A DNA stretch of 64,000 nucleotides from Felis catus (lineage: Eukaryota). Positions 40,603 through 53,198 of the stretch are shown in pieces (within the stretch, counting starts at the first letter, position 1; each line of letters opens with the position of its first letter). The position numbers were made by a program, and so were the translations under genes. Location of the stretch: the NCBI RefSeq assembly GCF_018350175.1, contig NC_058384.1, positions 62,868,001 through 62,932,000 on the forward strand, read 5' to 3'. The notes beneath the pieces are model-generated. The model did not search any database. It was not told where the DNA came from and saw nothing but the letters and a program-made list of their open reading frames with translations.

Positions 40603-41471
40603 AAGACACAAATATTGTTTAAAGAAACCCCTAGAGCTTCTAGTCACCCCTAACTAGAATGGATTTTGAGGTGAAAATACTATGAATTGATCAATCTTAT
40701 TAAGCTACCAGCTCACCCAAGAACTTTCTAAGCTGTAGCTGGCGGAAATACAGGCCTCAACAATGCCCAAGGGAGAAAGGTTTGCCCTCTCGGGGACATG
40801 GCACACGAGAACAGACATCCCATGGGTCAGGGTTAGCTGTTGACGCAAATTCACTGGGCCGCAGCCTATTCCGGAAACTCGGACAGATGATGCAGTCAAC
40901 TCCCACAAGGCATCAAAAAGCGGTCAACCTCCAAGGGGATCAGCACACTACAGTCCAAGAGTCACAACTACAGTGGGAGATAGTGACACGGGAGCCCGCA
41001 CACGGAGGTGAGCCCTCACCCAGCCTCCGGAGAAGGGGACGGTGGCTATGTCAGCAGGCCGCACGCTGGAAGCTGGGGCTGCTTGCGGAAGGCTGCAAGA
41101 TCTCAAAGGGAAGCACTCCTGAAGCCAAGGAACAGGGTACACCCAGCCACAGTGGCCTGAACAGCCTTTGGGTAAAAGCCACTTCCACCTTCTGGATCCT
41201 CTCCGCACAGCCGCCCACTTTGCGTATCCGACGCCCGGCCACCAGAGCAAATGCCCACTATTTGCCTCCTGTGATGATGTAACCAACTGGCAATCCCGGG
41301 AATAAGGCAGTTTCCTACCAGTCCATTCTTCACGGACGGACCTCACTCAGGACACAAGTAGGAAAACGGACCCCCTGCGTGCTTTCTTTCCTCCCCGTTT
41401 CCCTCCAGAATCCAAGGATTTCTACGAGTTGCTCTATCAGCCTCTGAAGCACCCTCAGCCTCTCCGCTCCA

Positions 41472-41630
41472 TGGGTCTCAAACTGGAGTCTGTGCACAAG
41501 TCACCTGGGGATCTTGATAAAATGCAGACTTGACTCCGTGGGTCCCGGACAGGACCTGAGAGTCCGTGTTTCTAACAAGATCTCCAGGGACGTAGAGGCC
41601 AGCTCTGCAAACCACACCCTGAGAACCAAA
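41472..41630. mobile_element. MER5A-like hAT-Charlie element
   Basis: tcacctggggatcttgataaaatgcaga..tttctaacaag..accacaccctgagaacc. Confidence 0.75.
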
Positions 41631-42337
41631 GCTCCTACCACCCCAAAGAACTCCTAGATAATTCATCTTCCTTGGGCCTCTTCTCCAAAACCTACAACAG
41701 TCACCTCCCCCCGAGGCAGCCCAGACTCCCAACACCTGAGATTCTTATCGTAGACAGAACGGAGGCTCACAGAGATAAAGGAATCTGTCCCACATCACAC
41801 AACTAGAAAGTCATTATTTGAACTCAGAAAGGGACCAGGTTTAGTCCCAGCAACCTGCTGTATGTACGTCCTCAACGCACTCACTCAGCACCATCTGACA
41901 TCAGCCTGTGTTTCGTTTGTATGGCTGTTTGTTATTCTCCCTCTTCCCACGTCCCCAACACCCAGGCCAGTTTGTAAAGCTCCAAAGGAGCAAGGATCAT
42001 GTTTGTCTTGTTCGTCGCTAGATCTCTGGTACATAGAAAAATCCCCAGCTCACAGGGGACACTTGAAAATATCTGTCGCGTGAACAAAAGCAAACAAAAC
42101 AAATTGCTTTTTCTTCCAAAAGGAGACAGAGCAAGAATCTCGGCCGTTCTGGGACCTGCAGAAGGGTCCTCAGTTTCAGTCACGGAGAAGCCTCTCAGGG
42201 CACTGTGGCATGGGTTCAGACCAGATACAGACGAACACGACAGAAGCCTCTACCCACCCTGGCAAGAGCTCCCAACTTAGTCACGGGGAAATGCCACAGA
42301 CACACAAGACTTAAGCATACTTCGGAAAAAGTATGAT

Positions 42338-42460
42338 GGGCGCCTGGGTGGCTCAGTCAGTTGAGCGTCTGACTCAGGTCATGATCTCACGGTTCATGAC
42401 TTTGAGCCCCACATCCGGCTCCTCACCGACAGTGTGGAGCCTGCTCGGGATTCTCTCTCT
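42338..42460 (+). mobile_element. Can-SINE running into the gap
   Basis: Head, then (CT)n up to the Ns. Confidence 0.9.
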
Positions 42461-42672
42461 NNNNNNNNNNNNNNNNNNNNNNNNNNNNNNNNNNNNNNNN
42501 NNNNNNNNNNNNNNNNNNNNNNNNNNNNNNNNNNNNNNNNNNNNNNNNNNNNNNNNNNNNNNNNNNNNNNNNNNNNNNNNNNNNNNNNNNNNNNNNNNNN
42601 NNNNNNNNNNNNNNNNNNNNNNNNNNNNNNNNNNNNNNNNNNNNNNNNNNNNNNNNNNNNNNNNNNNNNNNN
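42461..42672. other. Assembly gap (N run)
   Basis: Ns. Confidence 1.
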
Positions 42673-42869
42673 TAGGACACAACATTCTGAGCGCACAGGT
42701 CCAGGTGAGACCAGTAGGATTCACATTAGAGCTGGTAAATCAGGGAGGGCTGCAGGAGAAGGGTTGGGCTAGCAAGGCAGATGATGCACCCAATTTTCCA
42801 AATTAATTTTCAAACAGGATACTTGACCAAATGATTGTTTTTTGTTGTTTCTTTTTTCACAGCTTCTTG

Positions 42870-43167
42870 GCTAAGATATAGTCCCCAGTCATTCTACCCA
42901 ACACTCATCTAGGCATTGCTGTGAAAGTGTCCTGGAGATGTGATTAAGGTCTGCAATCCTCCTTAAGGAGGTTACTCTAGATCATCCGGATGAGCCTGAT
43001 GCAAGCAGTCGAAAGGCCTTAGGAGGACAGCTGCTGCCCGTGCCCAAGAGCTCCAGCCTCGGAGCCGGCCCTGTGCATGTGGGACGTGCCCACCTGCCCC
43101 TTACAGCAAAGCTTTTCACACGCCTTTCCAACCGGCCCATTTCTCGGGTTGAACCCTGGCTGATACT
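42870..43167 (+). mobile_element. MLT2-like ERVL LTR fragment
   Basis: catctaggcattgctgtgaa..gatgtgattaa..gaaaggcctta..; ends gaaccctggctgatac. Confidence 0.65.
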
Positions 43168-44535
43168 CCTGCAAAGCGGGGTGATCTTGCCCCGCAGGAG
43201 AGCAAACGTGGCCTCTTCCAGCCCTGGGGGGGCTCACGATGGAAGTTCTTTCCAATCATACTAAGCACTGCCTGAAGTGCCTCAACGTCTGGCACATAAA
43301 CTGAGATTACAGAGGGGTCGAGGAAACCCCATTTGCCACCCCACCACTTGAAACATTCTCCCACTGACTTATGTTTTTCTGCATAAGCTCTAGGTTTTCA
43401 AGCTGCCTGTGACAGCACTGCCTTCAGAATAAATCAAAATAAGTCAAAGAATAAAAGTAAGAAAATAAAACAGATTTGTAACTCTCCCGCCTTGGAAGGG
43501 CACGCGAGAGCAACCAGAGGCAGGAGCTCTACTGTGGCTGCCTCTCCACGGGGGGGAGGATGGGCAGGAGGGAGGAGACGCCTTGGCAGCCTCAGCCCCA
43601 AGCACGTTCCACCGTGGGGACGACAGGACTCCACAGGGCCACCCGACACGCCTTTGGACGCTTGAGTCACAGACGTCCCGCGAGCTAAGCCGCAGACTGC
43701 CTCCGTCCTGCTGCGACAACCCTTGGTTCCAACAGGAACCAAGACTACCCACACCCTACCTGCTGCCAGCCTCCAGCTCCATCCCTCCGCCCCCCAAGGC
43801 CACGGACAGGAGAGGCAACAACTCCCTCTCGCCCCCATTTCCGGGCACCCGGAATGCATACTTGTGATCCTGTGGGAACCTGCCTTCTTCAGGGACCCCC
43901 ATGCCCCCCACCTCCCGACCGGACACCCCCAGCAGGACACGCCGTCCAGACAGCGGAAAAAGCCACCAGCACTCAAGTGAGACACAAGGGAGGGGCCACG
44001 TCACCTTCGGAAGGCTACTTCCTCTCTCTGAACGCGAGCATCTCTTCGCTGGAGATCAGAGCAGCTCGCTCTGCAGAGTTGTTAGGAAGAACATAAATAC
44101 TCTATGTAAAAAGCGGCTGTTTCGTCCTGGACGTGCTCACGGAGCTCACATACGCAGCACACGATACACGCACGCCTGTATTTGGGGGAGTTCTTAGGGG
44201 AAACAACGTAACCGAAGTAGTGAAAACCCAAGCAGACACACACATCCTTTTCTGAGAAGTGACAGCTTCATCATGCCATGGACAAAACCGTCCGGTCACC
44301 TGTCGGGCATCCGTCTTTAAAAGGTGCGCACGCGTCAGACCATCCTGGGTGGCGAGCTCTGACAAGTCAGGACCCGAGAGTCCAATTATGTTCCCGACGG
44401 TGCAGAGCACGGGCCCAGAAAGTTCCTGACTGACCCAAGAGCTGGACGGGCCCTTCCGAGAGCCACAGGTCTGATCTCGCCAACTTGTTCAGAGATAAAA
44501 GAATTAGCCCGAAGGCGTTGAAAGAAGTGGCCATT

Positions 44536-44746
44536 GGGGTGCCTGGGGGGCTCAGTCGGTTAAGCGGCCGACTTCAGCTCAGGTCATGATCTCGCGGTTC
44601 GTGAGTTCGAGCCCCACATCAGGCTCTGTGCTGACAGCCCGGAGCCTGCTTTGAATTCTGTCTCCCTCTCTCTGCCCCTCCCCTGCTCATGCTCTCTCAA
44701 AAACAAACGTTAATTTTTTTATTAATAAACAATAAAAAAAAAAAAA
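44536..44746 (+). mobile_element. Can-SINE
   Basis: Head, (CT)n, A-tail. Confidence 0.93.
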
Positions 44747-45070
44747 GAAACAGACAAAACCCAGTGACAAAGGAACTGGAACCCAGAGCCGCCTTGCAAG
44801 CTCAGTATACTAGGAACCGGGATGCTCTTACCCCGAGAGGACAACGCAAGCCCTTGCTCCAAGGCTTTCGCCAGCTTCGCAGATGCCGTGAGGTCCCTCG
44901 GTGGACCGTGCCAAGTGCAAACTTTAAAGCACAGCAAGTACAGAGACGCAACCGGTTCCTAGCCCGTCAGAAAGGCAGGCAGGCTGGTGACAAGGAGGCA
45001 GCTCCGAGAAGTGTGACTACAGACAGATGGTGGTGGTGAGCTGGAAAATCTAGAACTGCACCAAACACCA

Positions 45071-45525
45071 CTAAAAATAATAGGGATCCCAGAGGAAACC
45101 AGGGGCCCGGTGTAGTCGTGCAAGGGGAGGGAGCCCCGGCCTCCAGCGCGAGGCAGCCGGCAACAAAACGCGTCTCCCGTAAATTGCTACTAACTCTCAT
45201 TGCAATTGACCTCCACCCCGGTAACGGTAACTACGGCGTGGAAGGCCCACAGCGATGCCCCCAGGCCACCTCCTCCCCTGCCCCCAGCCACGCCTGAGTC
45301 ATCTCGAAACACTCCGCACGAGGGGCCGTCTCGGAGCTCCGCATCAACCGAGGGAATGCGGCAGCTTCCGAAGAAGCCTCTTCCATTTTTGGCTGGGACC
45401 GCGCTCCTTACGTTTGGCAGACATCTACCCCTGCTGACATCATCCGTCGGGAAAGCCTCCGACCGCAGCAACTTTTCCGGCAACCAAGTCATGCTGTTGA
45501 CGTTACTTCCTCCCGATGCCATTTA
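45071..45525. promoter_or_regulatory. Candidate intronic enhancer (MEF2, AP-1, TEAD, CArG, CRE-like, ETS motifs)
   Basis: CTAAAAATAA 45071-45080; TGAGTCA 45295-45301; GGAATG 45353-45358; CCATTTTTGG 45383-45392; TGACATCA 45435-45442; ACTTCCT 45505-45511; non-repetitive and CpG-rich. Confidence 0.45.
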
Positions 45526-45789
45526 AGACCCTGGGCTCGTTTTCACACATTTTGGGTCTCTGCATCTTAGACCTGCCCTACTGGTTTTGAGAGGACAGTG
45601 CCAGGACTCTTGAAGAGACAGACCAGTTCTCCGGGAGGGATCTTGTTTCTTCCAAAAAATGAGGCCTGTCGCAGGTCAGCGAGCGCCACGGTCAGAGGCA
45701 GTCAGCAGACGCGGCCCCGGTCACGCCTGGGTCACCAGAGACCAAGGACAGGGAATGTGGCAAGTTCACTGCCAATCTAGACCCGCTAC

Positions 45790-46222
45790 TCTGAGCAACC
45801 CCTCTTCTCCAGTGGCTCCCACGTTCTCTCCCGCACACTCTCTGTTCTCTCCCGCAGACCCACCAGGCAAGTTCCCACTCCATAACATTTAGTGGTCACT
45901 TGCACCTTTTGACTAAAACGCTCGAGTCCTGGCTAACCTCAGAGAAGCCCCCTGACCAGCCTACAGCAGCAACCCAGTCATATGCTCAAGACATTCTGCA
46001 TCACGTTACCCAGTTTCACTTCCTTCAAACCACTCATCTTCGCCTAAAAATATCTGGCTTACTCTGTCTCACCCCACAAGTTGTAAGTGGTTTAAAGACG
46101 GGAGAGCGAGTCTGTCTCGTTCACAACTACATCCCCAGTGCCTGGAAAGTACTCAGCATAGAGTGGATGCTGGGGGGGGGGGGGGGGGGGGGGGGGGCGG
46201 AATCTGTTAATTGAATGAATGC
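45790..46222 (+). mobile_element. L2 3'-end relic containing a G26 run
   Basis: tgtctcgttcac..cccagtgcctggaaagtactcagcatagag..tgttaattgaatgaatg terminus. Confidence 0.65.
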
Positions 46223-46862
46223 CAGTGAATGATTTAATGGGGAGACAGCAGGCCCTGGGATCAGACCCGCCTGGGTTCAAATGCCGGCCCGGCTCTTTAT
46301 TAGTGCCGTGACCTCGGGAAAGTCACCTTATCCAAGATCGCGCAGCTGGAAAGGTTTCAAGATGTATGCCACGGGGTGTGGATGAAAATTAAGTCTTAGG
46401 ATTTTTAAGTATCAGGACTCCGGCTTCTAAACATGCCTAACAGACACTAAGTCGTAAGAGGACATTAGTGGTAACCTTGACTCATTTGATAAAGCTGGTG
46501 GCGGTGGCGGTGACAGCAATAGCCTACGCCGTAATAATGACAGGCCATTGGCACCTCAAGACAGCATCTGTTACCATTTTCAACTTCTGCTAAAAGAAGG
46601 AGGCAGCGTGACAAAGTGGCACTGGCATGGTCAGAAGACCCTGACTGGAGTCTCCAACTTGACAAGGCATTCCATCACCGATAACAGCAGGTTTCAAAGA
46701 ACAAACGAGACAGTAGATTTACATGAAGCACTTTCTAAACTCGAAGGCACGATATTTATGAGTATTATCAATATTAAAAATGTTCTCGTCCCCAGTTTAA
46801 CATTCCTCACACCCTGGGAGGCAGCGCTCACTTCCCTGGGCAGGTTAAGAGTTATCTGGCTA

Positions 46863-47070
46863 GGGGCGCCTGGGTGGCTCAGTCGGTTAAGTGTCCGACT
46901 TCGACTCAGGTCACAATCTCGCGGTCTGTGAGTTCGAGCCCCGCGTCGGGCTCTGGGCTGATGGCTCAGAGCCTGGAGCCTGCTTCCGATTCTGTGTCTC
47001 CCTCTCTCTCTGCCCCTCCCCGTTCATGCTCTGCCTCTGTCTCAAAAATAAATAAACGTTTAAAAAAAAA
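46863..47070 (+). mobile_element. Can-SINE (fairly young)
   Basis: Canonical; TSD gttatctggcta. Confidence 0.95.
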
Positions 47071-47878
47071 GGGTTATCTGGCTAGTGAACATACACTCGG
47101 ACAAGCACAGTGGTGTGTGAATTATTCAGGGCAAAACCTCGCTCTAAACAGCACAGCACAGGCTCAAAGAATGCAGTCACCCCTCATCACCTGGGGAAAC
47201 AACAGGTAGCAGTTAGCTTCTCACAGAAGAGGAAAGCATCGAGTACAGGGCAGTGGAGGCCCAGAGACTCAGGTTCGAATCCCAGCTATCCCATAACCGG
47301 CCAAGTGATGCTGGGAGGTCACAGGCCATCTCTAGGTGCCTAGCGGTTCAGAGGCCCTTAAATATTTGCAAACAGAGCAACGGGCCCTTTTCCATCAAAG
47401 AGACTATAGCCTCTTTGGCTGGAGGTGGTGAGGAGAGAAGACAGAGCCAGATTACAAGAGCATCATCATCCACACCGGCAAGCCATCTGACGAATGGTCT
47501 TCCAGGGAGCGAACTTGGGTTGCTCCCTCAGCAATCATGGGCCTCGGGGTCTTGGTGGGAGGCTAAACCACTGAATCGAAACCAGGACAAACTCCAGTCC
47601 CTCCAGGACTGTCCCTCTCATGTACGAGGATAGGAAAATCAAGTTTAATAGAGACTTCTCATTTGACAAAACTTTTCAGAAATGCACCTCCTCGGAGCCA
47701 CATTTATGCGAATTCTTCTTTTGTTGAAGGCTTTACCATCAAAAACCTTATACACAAAAGTAGAGCGCGAGCACAAATGAACGAACTCCCAGGAACTCTT
47801 CACCAGTTTCAGTCACGCCCAGCTCAGGGCCACTCTGGTTTCATCCATACCCACCTGCTTCCTCTTTAGCCCTTTATT

Positions 47879-48334
47879 ATTTTTAATTTTTTTTAATTTT
47901 TATTTATTTTTGACACACAGAGAGACAAAGCATGAGTGGGGGAGAGGCAGAGAGAGAGGGAGACACAGAATTGGAAGCAGGCTCCAGGCTCTGAGCTGTC
48001 AGCACAGAGCCCGATGCGGGGCTCAAACTCACAGACCGCAAGATCATGACCTGAGCCAAAGTCAGACACTCAGCCGACTGAGCCACCCAGGTGCCCCAAG
48101 CCCTTTATTTTATTCTACTTTTTAAATTTTTTTTTTAAATGTTTATTTATTTTTGAGAGAGAGAGACAGAGCATGAGCAGGGGAGGAGCAGAGAGAAAGG
48201 GAGAGACACAGAATCGGAAGCAGGCTCCAAGCTGTCAGCACAGAGCCCGACACGCGGCTCGAACCCACAAACTGCGAGATCATGAGCTAAGCCGAAGTCG
48301 GACGCTCAACCGACTGAGCCACCCAGGCGTCCCC
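47879..48334 (-). mobile_element. Two tandem Can-SINEs (47879-48097, 48118-48334)
   Basis: Two reverse-complement heads; first has TSD agccctttatt. Confidence 0.93.
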
Positions 48335-48995
48335 AGATTTGAAAGCAGCCATTTCTCCAAAGAGCCCTGATCCCTTTTAATAGAAAATGGTATTTGGACA
48401 CCAAGAATGCTCACTGTCCTGGTTTCTTGGCCTTGCCAGTGGACAAGGCTAGAACATATTTTAATAACGAAATGCTTCATGAGTTCATACTTCACATCCA
48501 ATTCAAAATCAGGACAGTAGGGATTTTACTTGACCTCGTTGTTCGTACGTTAGTGTTTTCTTCCCACCAACGTAATTGTTCTCTCTATCCCACCACAAAT
48601 ATAAAGGGTCTCAGAACACCCCCACCAACACCACCATCACCAATGATATTAAAAAAAAAGTCTACAAAAGTCTATTTTCTGCACGTCTGGTATCTTTATG
48701 GTATGCACCACCAACAATGCACAATCAAATCACTGTGTTTTATAGCCAGTTGGCAGAGTTCCTCGCTTTCTCTCTGCAGGTTATGCCAACTAGCTCGACG
48801 CAGCGAGATTCACTTGGTTTTCTCAGGGACTGCTTCATTTTTAAATTTAAATAGAAAAGCATGTTAAGAATTTACACAATTCCGACTTCAAACTAGCAAG
48901 GAATCTTCAGAGAAGACAAAGTTTTATTCCTTTTCCCTCCAGGCTATTTCTTTTCTCCTAAGAGATTAAAAAAAAAATTAAATGGTAATTAAAGG

Positions 48996-49320
48996 GTTTT
49001 TTTTTTATATTTATTTATTGAGAGAGAGACAGAGAAAGCACGCGTGAGCGAGCATAAGCAGGGGAGGGGCAGAGAGAGAGGGAGACACGCACAACGTGAA
49101 GCAGGCTCCAGGATCTGAGCTGTCACAACACAGAACCTGACACGGGGCTCGGACTCCCAAACCGTGAGATCGTGACTTGAGCTGAAGTCGGACGCTCAAC
49201 CGACTGAGCCCCCCAGGCGCCCCAACATTTTAAGTTATCAGTACACCCAACATGGGGCTCAAACGTACAACCCCGCGATCGAGTCGCACGCTCCACTGAC
49301 GGAGCCAGCCGGGAGCCCCC
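48996..49320 (-). mobile_element. Can-SINE (48996-49223) abutting an older short SINE (49224-49320)
   Basis: Two reverse-complement heads. Confidence 0.88.
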
Positions 49321-49559
49321 ACCGTTTTTTTTTTTTAATGTAAATAAATACATACTCTCTCTCGTTTCAGATAAATTACCTTGCCCTTTTGCTCAATAGA
49401 TCTGAGAGATGGCTGCATTACAGATACGCCCTGGATTCTTTTCTTCAGCTTCATGTTCTCCATCATGTGGAGCCACCATAGTTAATCCGCACAGTGCTGC
49501 TCCAGGGAAGGGTGGGTGGGTCATGGTTGGCTATTCCAGAATGAGCCACTGGGCGCCCT

Positions 49560-49944
49560 GGTGTTTTGTTTCTTTGTTTTAAGAGACAGTGCACATGCAC
49601 AGCATGAGGAGGGGAGAGGTCTCGGCCGGGGTAGAGAGAGGGGCAGGGGAGAGAGGGAGACAGGATCCCAAGCAGGCTTCATGCTCAGCACAGAGCCCAA
49701 CGCGGGCTCGATCCCACCACCCTGGGATCATGACCTGAGCCGCAATCAAGAATCGGACGCTTGCTGATGGCTCAGAGCCTGGAGCCTGTTTCCGATTCTG
49801 TGTCTCCCTCGCTCTCTGCCCCTCCCCCGTTCATGCTTTGTCTCTCTCTGTCCCCCAAAAAATAAATAAAACATTGAAAAACAAATTAAAAAAAAAAAAA
49901 AAAAGAATCGGACGCTTAGTGGACTGAGCCACCCAGGTGCCCCC
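49560..49944 (-). mobile_element. Can-SINE interrupted by an opposite-strand SINE
   Basis: Reverse-complement body and head are split at aagaatcggacgctt. Confidence 0.9.
49763..49902 (+). mobile_element. 5'-truncated young Can-SINE, nested
   Basis: 3' half plus polyA; perfect 15-bp TSD aagaatcggacgctt (49748-49762 and 49903-49917). Confidence 0.93.
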
Positions 49945-50334
49945 AAAGGTCTATTGTTGACCAGCCTAAGAACAGAGACCTCTACCGCTGGGGAGACAGG
50001 AAGCATTTAGGATGGCCCACCCGTGAAAAAGAGCCATGAGATACAAGTGCAGAATACCAGCCCCCAGTGAGAAAAGTTTCAGAAAGATACCTTTTATTGT
50101 AGCAACCAAAACTATAAGGCACTACAAATCAATTCAATAAAAGGCAGATGAAAAATTCAAAAACTATACAATTTTATTAAAAGACATTAATGAAGATCTA
50201 AATAAAGAGATATGCCATATTCATGAACTGGAAGACTATCATAAGGATGTCCGTAATCGCCAAAATTATTCTAGAAGCTCAGTTTAATTGTGATTAAAAT
50301 AAGGATCTTTAGATCAGTGTTTCCTTTACTGGTA

Positions 50335-50648
50335 TTTTTTTTTTAACATTTATTTTTGAGAGACACCAAGACAGAGCTGGGGATGGGCAGAGAGAGAGAG
50401 GGAGACACAGAATCCCAAGCAGACTCCAGGCTCTGAGCTGTCAGCATAGAGCCGGACGCAGGACTTGAACTCACGAACTGCGAGATCGTGACCTGAGCGG
50501 GTCGGATGCTTAACCCACTGAGCCACCCAGGATCCCCTGCTGGCATGTCTTTTTGTCTTAAGTAAGCTCTATGCCCAACGAGGGGCTTGAACTCATGCCC
50601 CCAAGATCAAGAGTCATCTGCTGTGTACGGACTGAACGAGCACACCCC
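50335..50648 (-). mobile_element. Can-SINE (50335-50537) plus older short SINE (50548-50648)
   Basis: Reverse-complement heads. Confidence 0.87.
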
Positions 50649-50799
50649 TGATTTGTTTTTGGGGGGTTGAGATTTTTAAAGAACTTACTCAACTAATTCT
50701 AAAACTCTATTGAAAGAGCAAAGTCCCACGAATTATCAAGACCATAAGGTTGGGAATCATCCTACCGAATGACAAGACTTATAATTAAAATAGATGTTC

Positions 50800-50973
50800 C
50801 GGGACATCTGGGTAGCTCAGTCGATTAGGTAACCGACTCGGGATTTAGGCTCAGGTCATGATCCCAGGGTCGTGGGGTGGAGCCTGCTTAGAATTCTCTC
50901 TCCCCCTTTCTCTGCCCCTCCCCTACTTGCACTTTTGCTCTCCCTCAAAATAAACATTAAAAATAATAATAAA
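50800..50973 (+). mobile_element. Can-SINE (older)
   Basis: Diverged head, (CT) tract, A-tail. Confidence 0.85.
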
Positions 50974-53198
50974 TGTTCTAAAGGAAGGAGAGACAAAGAG
51001 ACCGGGAAAACAGAGCAGGAAGCCTTGAAACCAACGTCTACATTTTACAGACACTTGATATAGGACAGCAGCGGTGGAGCAAAAGTAGTGAATAGACCGA
51101 CTAACACGGTGCCAGGGAAACTGGTTATCTACATGGAGGAAAAAATAAAATTAGACTCCTATTTCAAGCCATGCATAAAAATAAATTCTAGAGCTAAATG
51201 TGAAAGGCAAAGCTTATAAAACTTAAAGCTATAGAATGGCACCATTATGATCTCCGAGTACAGAGAATTTTTTTAAAAGACAAAGCATATGTGAAAAGGA
51301 AAAGATCAATACATTTTATATTAAAACATAAATCTTTCATACATCAAAAGATACCACTAGGATGGTGAAATGACAAGACAGCATAGGAAAAGAGTTGTAA
51401 TACGCACAACCGAGCTCAGCAGGCAGATAAAACTTCTACAAGTCAAGAAGGCAAACTCTGAAGACTCCGTTGAAAAACAGACAAGAGATAGGAGCATACA
51501 CCTCAGGCGAAAAAAAAAAGAGACGAATCAGAAGAACTGATGCTGACTAGTGATGAAGGAAATGCAAATTCTGAAAGCTAGCTCACATCCAGCATATTTG
51601 GCCAAAAAAAAAAAAAAAAAAAAAGTTAAGGCTAAGAAAACCAAGTGTGAGCATGGGTGTGAGGCAACTCACAAGCACACGCTGCATATCAGTTCACCTC
51701 CCTCCAGCAATCTTAACGATATTTCACACAGCGGATAGCTGTGTGATCTTGCATAAGTCACCAAACTTATCCAAGACGGAGCTTCAACCGGTAAAAAGTC
51801 AAGAAGAAGGAACAGATGACCTCAAAGAACACAAGAATCTGCCACGTGTCCATGTCTGCCTCTGGCCAAGTTCAGGTTCAGGACAGGCCCAGGGCATGCC
51901 TGCAGAATCAAGTCAGGTGCTCAGTGGATATTAAGCCATCCATCCATCAACAAGACCGTTTATGGTTAGCCCTAACAAGCACAATTAGGGACTGGTTCTC
52001 TAACTCTGTTTTATGGGTTTTGTGGGCTCCAGGGGAAGAATAAATCAAGCATGAGTTTACCAAGTCTGGCCCAGCACACACCGCCAACGTTTAAATGAGA
52101 CCAAGAGTCTCCAAAAGGATCAGAGACCACCCTCCCCACGCCACGCCAACTGCTGTCCCGGTGGCAGAGTACCATCAACGGAACCACAAGCATGAGGGAG
52201 AAGGACCAAGGGACTCAACGCATGTTTATGAGACTGTCAGGGCCGCCCCATCAGAGAGACAAGTCCACTTTCAGGGGGAGGCAAGGGTACGCCAAGGCCT
52301 TCTCCCCATCCCTAGGGGTAACAACTCAGGCCCATCCCTCAGCCGAGAGCTCAACTAACACGCTGCCACGAGCAGAAGTCCCTCGGTCGGTACGCACGAG
52401 GACGTAACAGACTTTGAGGAAGGCTCCAGAGCAGCACTTTAACACCCGCCGAGTTCTCAGTCACAGAATCACCAGAATGCAGAAAGGAACTTCACGGTCC
52501 ATCTTCCCGGTCACAATCAGCCCAGACAAGTCCTAGAGGACAGAAGTTGTATCGTGGCCCCGTTAGTACTGCCCAGCTGTTTGGTACGGCTGCGTTTTTC
52601 AAGAATGCCCCCAGCAACTCCACCACTAACCCATACGGAGCCTGAGGGAGAGACAAAATGCCTAACACGTACCTGGCGTCCCCACGTGGAAAAACACTAC
52701 TCACGCCTGCTGCCTGGGCAATCCTGAAAAGTCCACAGAATCGGCCACCTCTGCATGATGCCCCACCTAGACCACACGACCCTTGCAGGCAGTCCGATCT
52801 CGTTCAAAGTCATCGCCCTAAAACCCAGCGCTGTGCCAGACTTGCCGGAACACTCAGCAAGTACTTACTGGTTGCAGTCACAAAACTACCTTCCGTGATC
52901 CTCTACTCTCAGCACGTTCCCACTTGTCCTCTGCTGGGGAGCCAGGTTGGGGGATATTTTTTTTTTCAGAACCAGCTCCGAGAGATGGCCAGGCAATATG
53001 GCAGGGGCTCTGGCGTCCCAGCTCCACTGGGAAAAGCCTTTCACTAGCCAAGGGAGGGAAAACGCTTGGAGGCTAGGACCTACTTTTCCAACCTATAAGA
53101 GGAAATAACAGTGACAAAGGACCTCCATATCAAATACAGTAATTTAAGAGGTTGAGAAACTGCAGAAGCAAGCAGGCGGGGTGAGGGAGGAAGAAGCT

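Larger units (their letters stand above)
50090..51660 (+). mobile_element. Old L1M ORF2 3' relic with SINE insertions
   Basis: ttattaaaagacattaatgaagatctaaataaa..tattcatgaactggaagact..; gggaaactggttatctacatgg..ttagactcctatttca. Confidence 0.7.
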
